From assembly GCF_018350175.1 (NCBI RefSeq), contig NC_058368.1:201440001-201504000 (forward strand): DNA of 64,000 nt. The letters run 5' to 3'. The notes under the pieces were generated by a model. It saw nothing but the letters and a program-made list of their open reading frames with translations. It was not told the DNA's origin and searched no databases. This DNA comes from Felis catus (lineage: Eukaryota). A program made the position numbers and the translations under genes. Positions 38,990-49,985 of this stretch are shown piece after piece (the first letter of the stretch is position 1; each line of letters starts with the position of its first letter).

Positions 38990-39600
38990 CTTGTGGTTAT
39001 GAAAGTTACCATATATAAGATAATATTTAATGACTTCCTCCTTTACTAAGAGCAGAACAAAGAAACAATGGCTTAAGTGAATGTACCCGCCAGGGTTCTC
39101 AGTAGAAAATAATAGAAATTATCTCCATTCGATTTAAGCAGTTAAGGAATTTCTTGAGAAGATATTGTGAAGTTTTCAATCGGTGAGAAGGCTGGAGAAC
39201 TAGAAGCTGGAGAGACAAGAAAGGTAGGAGCAGCCAGTGGTAGAACCAAATTGTGCCACAAAATGGCACCGTGGGGACACAACTGCCACTGTGCTGACCA
39301 CAGAACATGCAGTGTGCCCCCCAGCATAGGGGTCCCTAACCCTGACCTCCACCACTGGGATAGTTCCACTGCTACTCCTAGGAAATGGGTGTTACTGCTG
39401 CCACTGTCACACCTCCTCCAGAGGAGAGTCTCTACTGTTTCTGCTTCTTCACATCACGTCACTGAGCAATGCTTGGCTCAAAATCTGGGGCAGGAGCATC
39501 TCATTAGCTAGAACCATGGCACATGCTTGAGCCCTAGCTTCAAAGGAAGCTGAGAAAAATGAGGATTGGGACTTTCAGCTTATGTAGTGGAAAGTGAACA
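38990..39600 (-). mobile_element. Old MaLR LTR (MLT1K/L-like)
   Basis: GGAGCATCTCATTAGCTAGAACC...GCCCTAGCTTCAAAGGAAGCTGAGAAA. Confidence 0.5.
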
Positions 39601-40374
39601 AATAACTCTGACACAAAATAGAAAAGGTAAGAGTCATTAGAGAAGCACAAAGGATGAGGGGACTCCAGAGGAGAAAGATTTCTCTGAGGGATACTTATTA
39701 GATCTATTATTTGAGCTGGATGGGATGAATTTCAACAGATGGAGGTGAGAGGGAGAAGGCATCTTAGCACTGACAGTGGAGAGCAGGCATGAGAGTATGG
39801 ATGGAGGGCATGTATCTCTATCCTATGCAAGTATTGTATGTTATTTATCTTTGTCACTTTTGAGAAATATGGGAAATGCATCCTTAGAAAATGAATCCTG
39901 AGATGTCCAAGGTCTTCTAGTGCCAATCTATTTCAAACATTATTTATCAAATTTCTTAGATATTGCTTATTCTGACATTGTAGAAAGGAGTCACTTTAGT
40001 TAATGTGTCTGGATGCCTCCTCTTGGGCCCATTCATTCAAAGATGAAGTATGGGCACCTTTCACATACAGACATTCTACGGTAAATCACTTTGCAAGATA
40101 ATGTATGTAGCTAAATAACACATCACTTGGTACTGTTATTAACTCTTTCCTGTTTAAATACACCGTCTTACTGATTAGATTGAGATTTTTTTAAGGGCAA
40201 GGCTACAAGTTATACAGATTTTCAAATTTGCCAATTTCACATTGTCCTTCACATTGGATTGATAATCCAATCAACAATAGAGCTCTCCCTTACAGTGTGG
40301 AACTGAAGTTATCTACCAATGTTTGCTTGCCTTGTGTTCCGTTGGGTTAGGAAAGAGGCTATAAGGCCTTGAGA

Positions 40375-40540
40375 AAATTATTTAGTTTCACTGTGCCTCA
40401 GTTTCATCATTTGTAGTATGGATAAAATAATACTATTTGTCACACCGAGCAATTGTGAAAGTCAAATGAAATAGTAACAAATTAGTTCAGTGTCTGAAGT
40501 ATACTAAATGCTCAATAAATGCTTGTGTTTGTTAGTAGTA
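40375..40540 (+). mobile_element. MIR
   Basis: CTGTGCCTCAGTTTCATCATTTGTA...ATGCTCAATAAATGC. Confidence 0.75.
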
Positions 40541-40545
40541 GAACT

Positions 40546-40586
40546 TTCTTCTCCTTCTTCTCCTTCTTCTTCTTCTTCTTCTTCTT
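40546..40586. repeat. (TTC/TCC)n trinucleotide repeat
   Basis: Read directly. Confidence 0.9.
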
Positions 40587-41706
40587 GATTGATTTCATAG
40601 TACACAGGCGAATGGTTGTGACCATCCAAACTTTTCCCATCCATGACTATGATTATTGAGTAACCTTAAAGAAGAGGGTTTTAAATTAATAGAAAGAGTA
40701 ATCCAGGCTTGTGAATCAAATTTCAGAAAATTCTAAGGGGCTTCTTCACTAGAAAAGGCTCAAACTTCAGCAGGCATGAGGAACCTAGTCTGGCCTTTGG
40801 CCATTGCTAAGGATTACAGGCATGGGCTGTAAGGCCAGGGAACCAACGTCTCTAGAAAGAGACCACTGTTCGGCATTTATCCAGGCATTAGCAACTTCAT
40901 TACACAAGTCAACAGGATTGAAACTGGGGTGAAAATTATTGGAATTGCGAGATGTCTGAGGAGGTAGTATGTGGAAGAGCCAGCAGCAGAAGTGACTGAA
41001 TGAGGAGCACTTGAGTCCTGGCTGAGCATCCTTGGTCACTACTGCATAGGACATGTTGTACCACTCTCAAACTAGTATCATATTGGAAACAAAAGGCAGT
41101 GGGGTATTATTATCTGCACCACCTCTGTGATCCTTTCCATGCTGATTGCAGGGGCCTATCTCCTCATCACCCTACACTGGAAACTCTGTGCTTGCAGAAG
41201 TATGTCTGGTAAATCTCTCTCCCACCAGGGCTATGATATCTTCTGCCCCTAGCAAAGATTTGTTGAATAAATGTGGTACCCCCCCCCCCAAAAAAAAGGA
41301 CAGTGCTTGCTTAGTGGGATATAAAATGCTGCATAAAGGAGCCTGTGAGCACATGGTAGCTGCCAAGGTGACCTGAAGGTAAAACAGAACCAGGTAATGC
41401 TGCTCTTGAAGTTCTGCCTGTCCTCGCCCTGTTGCTCTTTTCTATCTTAGAGCTGAAAAGCTTTGGTTTCTATTAGCTTTCCCTGTCAAAATGTTAGCTC
41501 TTAAGAGTGGCAGTTTACAACACACAGTGGGAGCAACGGTAGCAGTGTGGATTCGCATACCACAAAAGCAGGGTTTAGACCTTAAAGTCTTCAAGAGATT
41601 TCCTCTTTCAATAGAAGCTGGCATTGAGATGGACACTGGAGAAAAATCAGTGAGATGACCATGGACTCTTTACGTATTTCTTTAGGGCTTGAATTCGTGC
41701 ATCTTT

Positions 41707-42277
41707 GCATCAGTTGGGCTATTTTCAACTGTGAGGCATCCACTAACTAGAATAGTTTGAACAACAAGAAAATGTATTATCTCATGCGAACAGTAAATTC
41801 AGAGGTTGGGCTCATAGTGGAGCCAACAGTTTAGGTAAGTCACCCAAGAACAGCTAATTTTCATCCCTGCTCTTTGTCATGTTTGGTTTTGCTTTTATCC
41901 TGAGGCAGATAGCAAGGTGAATGATCCAGGAATATCATACACTTGTGAAAATGTCCCAAGGAGGAAGGAAAATTTCTTCTGGCTCTCTTTTCTGGAAGTG
42001 GGGGCGGGGGGAGGGCGGGAACCTTCCCACAAGCTCTGCAAAGTCTCCCTCAATCTCAGTAAAATGTGCTCACGCCCTCATTCCTCAGCTAAAGTTAGCA
42101 GAGTAGGATAATCCCAAAACCCATCAGACCTGCCTCTGCGCCATGGGCGGAGTCAGATTGCCCTGAGACACGCGCTTGGAGGAAAAGGGTACATACTTTT
42201 AAAAAAATCAGAATTCTTTTTAGGCAGCAAGCAGAGTGGAAGGCAGTCTGTAGACAACCAAAGGTTGTTTTCTATAC
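41707..42277 (-). mobile_element. Old MaLR LTR (MLT1J/K-like)
   Basis: AACAACAAGAAAATGTATTATCTCA start, AACCTTCCCACAAG middle, GTAGACAACCAA end. Confidence 0.5.
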
Positions 42278-42775
42278 ATAGTCTTCTCAGTCAGAAAAAG
42301 CAACGATCCTATTTTAAAATAAATAAATACCAGGACCAAAAAAAAATTCTTGGCTCGAGTCTTTATTTCCAATAATGAGAGACAAAGCTTTTAAAATAGC
42401 ACAGGGAGAGAAATGGTTGGGAGGTGGAATGAGTGTTTATCTAGACTAGGAAAGTGGCGCGTTTAAGAGCAGAAAAACGAGAAATCACATATTCACTTGG
42501 CCAGTTCATCCTGCTGAGTCAGGCTTCTTGTGTAGCCACTGTAGTCATGTCATCTGAACCTGCTCCCTGCTCTGCAATGTCCTGGAAAATGCTCTAGGGT
42601 TGTATTTAGCTCGGCTTCATGATACTAGACAAAGTGGCACATTTCTATAAGCTTTAGGCAGTATAAAGTTTCACTGACTGCAGAGTAAAATGTTGTAGTC
42701 CTGCAATCAGGTTGTTCCTTATGTTTTAGTTTCTGGAAAAAGTTTTTCACTGAGAAATGCTAACCCTTGAAAATA

Positions 42776-42776
<1 letters not shown>

Positions 42777-42808
<32 letters not shown>
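42777..42808. repeat. A32 homopolymer
   Basis: Read directly. Confidence 0.95.
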
Positions 42809-42810
<2 letters not shown>

Positions 42811-43139
42811 ACACCACACATAAACTAAGTCAATTTTTTTCCTCACAGCAAGTCGTATGTTTTTCACCTAGACAAAATAAACGCTGTGCGCACGTGTCTG
42901 AAAGAAAAAGGAAACCCAAATGAATTCTGTTTTTAAACTGCCTTAATCCTATTTGGTCAGGAGCAAACTTCCCTAAAAAGTAAAGTGCTAGCTTCTGGTG
43001 CCTGTCATCAAATTACTACAGAATATTCTACCACACCTTGACTTATCCTATAAATAAAGATCCAAGACAGATTAAGTCTTTGTAGAGATGGTATCTGGGA
43101 ACTGAAAAACAAAAACAAAGACACAACCAACCAACAAAA

Positions 43140-43350
43140 CAGTTGCTAAGTAGCTAAGAAAGTAGCTCTTAAAATTCTCGTTCTAAGGGGAAAAAACCTG
43201 TAAGTACATAGTATGGTGATATATGTTGACTAGAGTCACTGTCATGATCATTGCACAATATATACACACATTCAATCATTATGTTGTACATCTGAAATTG
43301 ATAGGATGTTATAAGTCAATTACGCCTCAGTTAACACAAAACAAAAAACT
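43140..43350 (+). mobile_element. LINE-1 3' terminal fragment (L1MA/L1_Carn-like)
   Basis: GTATGGTGATATATGTTGACTAG...TCATTATGTTGTACATCTGAAA...TAAGTCAATTA. Confidence 0.8.
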
Positions 43351-44481
43351 AATGTGCATGTATTTTCTTCAGCAAATGATTTCTTAGAAACTGAACAAAA
43401 CCAAAAAGCCCAAGAACGTTCAGGGGGAGGAGCCAATAGATCCTAGGGAAACACGGCCTAAAAGTTTAGGTAAAAGTTAGCATGGTTGATAAGAAAAGAA
43501 GGGGGAGGACATCAGAAGAGCATAACTGGGCTTAGCAGGAGAAGTGAAAGAGGCTGATTTACGGAATTGATTTAGGAAGAGAAAGAATTATGAGAAATAT
43601 AGGATTCAGCTTGTTTTCTCAGGTATGTCTCACGCAGTTTTCTTTTTCCTCTGACTTAAATGCCTGCAGGAGACCAATTCAATTGTGCAAATATTTTTGA
43701 TGGCTATACTACATAAGACAAAATGAGAGGTGACTTACCGAGGGAGAGTGAAAAATTTGTTATTAATGTCAATGTAAGACAGAATGTTTTATAAGAAAGG
43801 GATAGAGCGATTCTGTCTGTGGAACCTTTAAAGGCTTTAAGGAGGAGCTAATGAACTTTGAAATGGGAAAGCCATTGATAGTTGACTATGTGCATACCGA
43901 GCATTACAAGCAAAAGTGTGGGATATTTCAGAAATAATGAGCATCCTATTGGGGCAATGCCTTCGAGTATTAGAGTTAGGGATGGACATTCACATACGGA
44001 GTGTGGGCTATAAAGCAAATGAGATTAAATGATAAAGAGCTACGAAAACTTCATTCTTGTCCCACAATTAATCACTGAAGGTTTTTAAGCAGGACAATAA
44101 TAAGATCAGACAAGATCTGTAAAATAGTCTTGCCATCAGTGTGGAAGAAAGAGGAAACAAACATTAGAAACATTAGTTGAAATACTCATCATTGCTGGTA
44201 AAAAGTTGCTGACCAAGAGTACAGCTGGTAGACTAGAGGTGCATAAAAGATATGAAAGAGGTAATACGAGTAGGATGTGCTCACTGAAAAGATAGGAAGG
44301 TAAGCAAGAGAGATGACTACTCACATGTTTGGAGTTTGAGCAAAGGGAATAGATTGCTTTTGGCTTCGGATTCTGGATTCAGTTTGGGAGGAACTGAGCT
44401 GTGCAGCGTGTGCTTAAAAGTTTGAGCCTGAAGTTTTAGCAACATTGATGGGCAAGGCTCTTGCACTGCAGTTGTCTTTAA

Positions 44482-44697
44482 AAAAATTTTTTTTCAACGT
44501 TTATTTATTTTTGGGACAGAGAGAGACAGAGCATGAACGGGGGAGGGGCAGAGAGAGAGGGAGACACAGAATCGGAAACAGGCTCCAGGCTCTGAGCCAT
44601 CAGCCCAGAGCCCGACGCGGGGCTCCAACTCACCGGCCGCGAGATCGTGACCTGGCTGAAGTCGGACGCTTAACTGACTGCGCCACCCAGGCGCCCC
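44482..44697 (-). mobile_element. Young CanSINE
   Basis: Perfect TSD TGCAGTTGTCTTTAA at 44467-44481 and 44698-44712; CpGs largely intact. Confidence 0.97.
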
Positions 44698-47013
44698 TGC
44701 AGTTGTCTTTAAGACTGCCAGAGTGTGGTACCCCAAGGGGAAGAGGAATAAGAGAAGAAAAGGGAGCTGAACCTTAAAGATAAAGAAAGGAAATAGAGGC
44801 AGGTGACGGTGAAAGCCACATCTTTAAATGTGCCATTTTTAATAGGATTTTCCACACTCAACCTTTCTCAGCAAAGCTTAAATCTTAAAACTGAAATGTT
44901 GGTCAATTACATCGTATACTTTCAAATTCTGCCAGGACACTGCAAGGATGAGTTGGCCTCACAGATATACGTCAGTCAATCTCCATGAGTGCTTTTTACA
45001 CTGCAATAGTGCTCTATAATTTGATGTTAGGTTCAAGAAAATCACAAACTATATATAGATTTGTAACTCTGAAGAATGCAATTGCAGTGGCTAAGGCTGT
45101 TGATCCAAAGACAAGAAAGACTTTGTCTAAGTGATGAATTCCAAATTCTAAGATAGAAATTAGTCTTACTTTACTTGCATATTTATTGATGTGCTGCTTA
45201 AGGATGGAAAAAGTTTGTTGAAAAAGAATGTACTTACTCAGTACTTCTTGATGAGTCATAATAAATACCATTTGCATGGTAATTAATCCGGAGTGAAACA
45301 TGGATACGCCCACCAAAATAATTCAAACCTTTCTTTCAGTCAGTACTTTCTACCTTCTTTCCCATTTTCTCTCTCCCTGTCTCAAATGCAGTGAAGCAAG
45401 GTGAAGGAGAGGCCCATATGGGTACCTGAGTCTGGACATCAAGTGATGAGGACTGTCACCTAGGCTGGCCTGTGAGACCCAGGACAATGCACTCTGCATT
45501 TGCATCTGTCTGTGTAGAATGAAGAGATTGATTGCATCATGCTTCTGATTTAGCCCCTCTTCTTCACAGTAAAAACACATTAATCAGAATTGTCTGCCAT
45601 CTTCCTAAGGAGAAATTTCAGTAGGGCTCATTGTGCTTCACTTTATCCAGAAATTTCCTCTTGCATCTTCAAAGACCTTAGAGAACTTCTTGTACTAGGA
45701 GTCAGGAGGAGAATTAATTTGCTTTCTCTTAGGACATCTTCCCAGGAGAACCCCCATTCGCTTTGTTTCCAAAATTGGGGCTCTTCTTTATGTCTCCCTT
45801 GTGCAGAAGCATGACACAGCACTGTCATACTTAAGAGGAAGCCTGTTGTACTCCTAGCCAAGACCATCAAGCACAATCACTTACCTTCCCCACCCCATAG
45901 TGCACAGCCAGGCCTAATCATATCGCTGGCTAGACTAAGCCTCCACCCTCCACCGCTGCTCATAATGGAGACAGAGACTCGCCATCCCTCCACTAGCTTT
46001 CACTCATACAGCTCATGGAAACAGTTTCCTATCTTCCTTGGGAAGAATCCTTGGAGGTCCACTGCAGCCAATTGGACTCCAGACAAACCAGATTTGCCTC
46101 ATTTTGAAAGCAGAACATCTCCAGAAGCATTTTCGTGATTTCGCCTTTTTTATTTCTGAAAGATGCATGAACCTAGAGTCAGGGTAATAATAACTTGGAG
46201 GATAGTATTAAACATTGAAATTATTCTCTTGCCACCTTATACCAATTCTCAAAGCCATGAAGATATTAGTCATTTTAGTAGCATTTTTCCTCATTTGTAA
46301 TCCCTCCACATGTTAAAGGTATTTTGAAGAGAAAAGACTCAAAATACCAGGGCAAGTAGAATAAATATAAAACCATCATGAAGAAATCATTAGCAAGTAA
46401 GTTATAAGCCTTATAAGTATGGATTTTGGTATCGCATTTTTCTATTTCTCTTTTGTTTGGCTTTCTTTCCCCACCAGTGATAATTTGTTCCTACTAATTG
46501 TTTTTCATTCCTGGAAATTATGCTATTTCATAGTAATTACTTGAACATAGGCTTAAAAATCTCTGACAAGTCTTATTTGTGTTATATTAGGCTCATTCAA
46601 TCTTTTTATAAATTGTGTAGTCATCCACCTTAACATTTCAATGTTTTAATTGTATTGAAAATTGTAGAATAAAAGAATACTTTTTAAAAGCCACACAGAT
46701 GACTACTTTAAGTTGTATTTTTCTCTGCCTTCACTTGTTTAGCACTGGTGTAAGAACTTTGGAAGAAATGAAGTCATCAAGAGGCAGGCAGTATTTCAAA
46801 AAGTAAAAGAAGGTCTTATCTAGAAAACAAATTGGATAAAATGTTACTACATAATCAGGAATTAGGTGTGTAAGAGCTTTGGTATTCACATTAATGTTGT
46901 GAATGAAGAAACATTTCCCACATTTAACACATTTATTACTTCACATCTCATGCCAAGTTATAATGATTTATTTTTAAGAAAATAGTGTTCATGTTTTATA
47001 ATAATCAACTTTT

Positions 47014-47230
47014 GGGGCGCCTGGGTGGCTTGGTCGATTAAGTGTCTGACTTCGGCTCAGGTCATGATCTCGCGATTCATGAGTTCGAGCCCAGCGTAGG
47101 GCTCGATGCTGACAGCTCGGAGCCTGGAGCCTGCTTCCAGATTCTGTTTCTCCCTCTCTCTCTCTCTGCCCCCTCCCCTGCTCATGCTGTCTCTCTCTGT
47201 CTCTCAAAAATAAATACATGTTAAAAAAAA
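47014..47230 (+). mobile_element. CanSINE
   Basis: GGGGCGCCTGGGTGG head; flanking ATA(A/C)TCAACTTTT repeats. Confidence 0.95.
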
Positions 47231-48117
47231 TTACAATACTCAACTTTTACACAGATATTTTCTTTAGTATGGAGTATATATGACTCAAGAATTTTAACTT
47301 TGAAACTTTCTCTTATTTAGATAAGGGGAAATACCTCTAAATCATGTACAAATAATGATTTGTACAGATGGAGAAAACACATAACAGTAACTTAAAAGGC
47401 TATTTTACAAAATGTAAAGATTATCTCCTCTGATCAAACATTATCAGGCCACCTCATGGAAGTCATTGGGTTTCGCTACAGCATGACATTAGTCAATTAA
47501 GTTGTACAGGAGTATTAGGACCTCCAAAGACACAGCATCCTGCCCAGGTAAATGACTCTTTTCCTGTGGGCTCGACTTCTTGTTTACTTGAAATCCACAG
47601 GTGAAGTGTGAAGTTACATGATGAAAACTGCAGAAGCAAAACTAAGACAAATCTGCCAGATTATTTGCTAACGAGAAAACTTCTTATGTACAAGGCATAA
47701 GTTAGGCATGACAGGTTTTCCTATCAACTAAGACCTAAGAGTTAAATAAAGTAGTATAAGAGTATGACAATGCATCAGGAAAAAATAACAACAAAAACAT
47801 CTAATCCAGAGGAACAAGGAAGGATTAGTATTGGACAGACCCACGAAAACAAACAAACAAAAACCCTCTAGTGCAGAGAGAAAACAAACAATAATCAAAC
47901 TGGAGAGTTCTTTGCTTATCATGATGGAGATCTTCTCTCTGGGTCATAATTAAACAGACATTCTTCCCTTTTTTTCTAGCCTTCTGTTTCATCTGTCTTT
48001 CTTCAGATAATTGGACTTCAACATCTAAAGTTAAAGTTTCACTCTATCCAAAGGAGAATCTTATCATCTCATCTAATGGGAGAGCAGTTATATTCTCCAT
48101 AGTCTGGTCATAGAGTC

Positions 48118-48180
48118 TGTGCGTGTGCGTGTGTGTGTGTGTGTGCGTGTGCATGTGCACACATGCGTGTGTATGTACAT
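48118..48180. repeat. Mixed (TG/CG/CA)n alternating purine-pyrimidine tract
   Basis: 63 bp of uninterrupted alternation. Confidence 0.9.
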
Positions 48181-48401
48181 TGGGTTGGGAAAGATAAATT
48201 TCAGAAAAACTATTGGATTGATGTGATTTTTTTGGACATGAAGCCACAGATTAAAAAAAGTTCAGTTTTTCCTAATTCATCCATGTAAAATTGTGTATAT
48301 TGTGTCTTGTAGCATCTTAGGAAAGTCATTTTCTTATCTTTGTCTATTCTTTATCTCTTAACTAATTATCTAAACTAAAATAGTAATAAAAATATCATCT
48401 A

Positions 48402-48649
48402 GGGGCGCCTGGGTGGCGCAGTCGGTTAAGCGTCCGACTTCAGCCAGGTCACGATCTCGCGGTCCGTGAGTTCGAGCCCCACGTCAGGCTCTGGGCTGAT
48501 GGCTCAGAGCCTGGAGCCTGTTTCCGATTCTGTGTCTCCCTCTCTCTCTGCCCCTCGCCCGTTCATGCTCTGTCTCTCTCTGTCCCAAAAATAAAAATAA
48601 ACGTTGAAAAATAAAAAATAAAAAATAAAAAATAAAAAAAAAGAGAAAA
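48402..48649 (+). mobile_element. Young CanSINE with a long patterned A tail
   Basis: Perfect TSD AAAAATATCATCTA at 48388-48401 and 48650-48663. Confidence 0.97.
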
Positions 48650-49750
48650 AAAAATATCATCTATATCCATATATTTATTTTCCCAAAAATCTATACAGCT
48701 TGGGTTATATTTAAAAATTATTACTTGAATCACTATTATCCTGCTATTACAAACTTCACATTGGGTTTTATATAATTAATGCCATTAAAATTCTAATTTG
48801 TCTTGATCATCTAACTCTGCCATATATGGAGAGGCCCATGAATCAGTATGCCCTAGTATTAGCACTGATAAATCAAAAGAACACAAATTATTCCCAAACT
48901 GGGATGATTTTGGAGAGTATGTGTGATTCCAGTAACGTTTCCTTTAAGAAAAATGAACAAGGATTTGAATCAGATTGAATAATTCTGCCAACATGTTTCT
49001 AGGAAAGATTAACTGAAGTAGTCTTATGTCTGAATTGAGTCTAAAGAGTTGTTTTATTTGGGAGAACAAAGTTTCTGTGCTGGAGGTGATGAAGTGCACA
49101 TGCATGGTGTGTATACTTCCTGGAAAACACAGGAAATAAACCATGCACCTGTTTTAGAAAGAAATCAACTGTGCACCTGTCTTAGAAGAGATGTCTGATT
49201 TTTTGGTTTTTGTTTGTTTGTTGTTTTGCATACAAAGGGAAAAGTGTGTTCTAAGCCTGGGAACATCTCTTTTTTTTGTAACTTAATTTTTCTTTATTCT
49301 AATCTTTGGGGCATTCATATATTAAGCTCCGAGAAACATTTTCAAGTATGTATTTTCTTGGACGCTGTGGTTGCAATATGAAAAAGAAGACAGCAGATAC
49401 CATTCCAGCACAGTTCATTTTTAGAGCATGAATTTCTTATTTGCTGTATAAAGATTGAAGGAGTATCATTTAAGTGAACTGATATTTATGATATACATAG
49501 TTATGCCCTCAAGATAAAATAAGATCACATTCTAACACCAACATATGTCAGATATACTTAGATTGAACTTCATAGAAGACCAACAGTTGTATTAAATATG
49601 TAAGTATGTTTGTGCAAAAAACAAACATTTGAAGAGGTCATATTAGGCATGTGCTAAGTGGGATATAATATTGGTATTCCTTACATTTTAAGTATGGAAA
49701 AGTAGAATATCTGTACCAAAAATGCATGATATTTAAAAAATAAGATTTTG

Positions 49751-49985
49751 GGGGCGCCTGGGTGGCTCAGTCGGCTAAGCGTCCGACTTCAGCTCAGGTC
49801 ACAATCTCACAGTTCATGGGTTCGAGCCCCGCGTCGGGCTCTGTGCGGACAGCTCAGAGCCTGGAGCCTGTTTCAGATTCTGTGGCTCCCTCTCTCTATG
49901 ACCCTACCCCGTTCATGCTCTATCTCTCTCTGTCTCAAAAATAAATAAACGTTATAAAAAAAATTTTAAAAAAATTTAAAAAAAT
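49751..49985 (+). mobile_element. CanSINE
   Basis: Full element; flanking AAAAATAA(G/T)ATTTTG repeats. Confidence 0.95.

Noticed and set aside
45014..45316. 100-aa minus-strand ORF in unique sequence
   Set aside because: No recognisable homology and no convincing splice boundaries.
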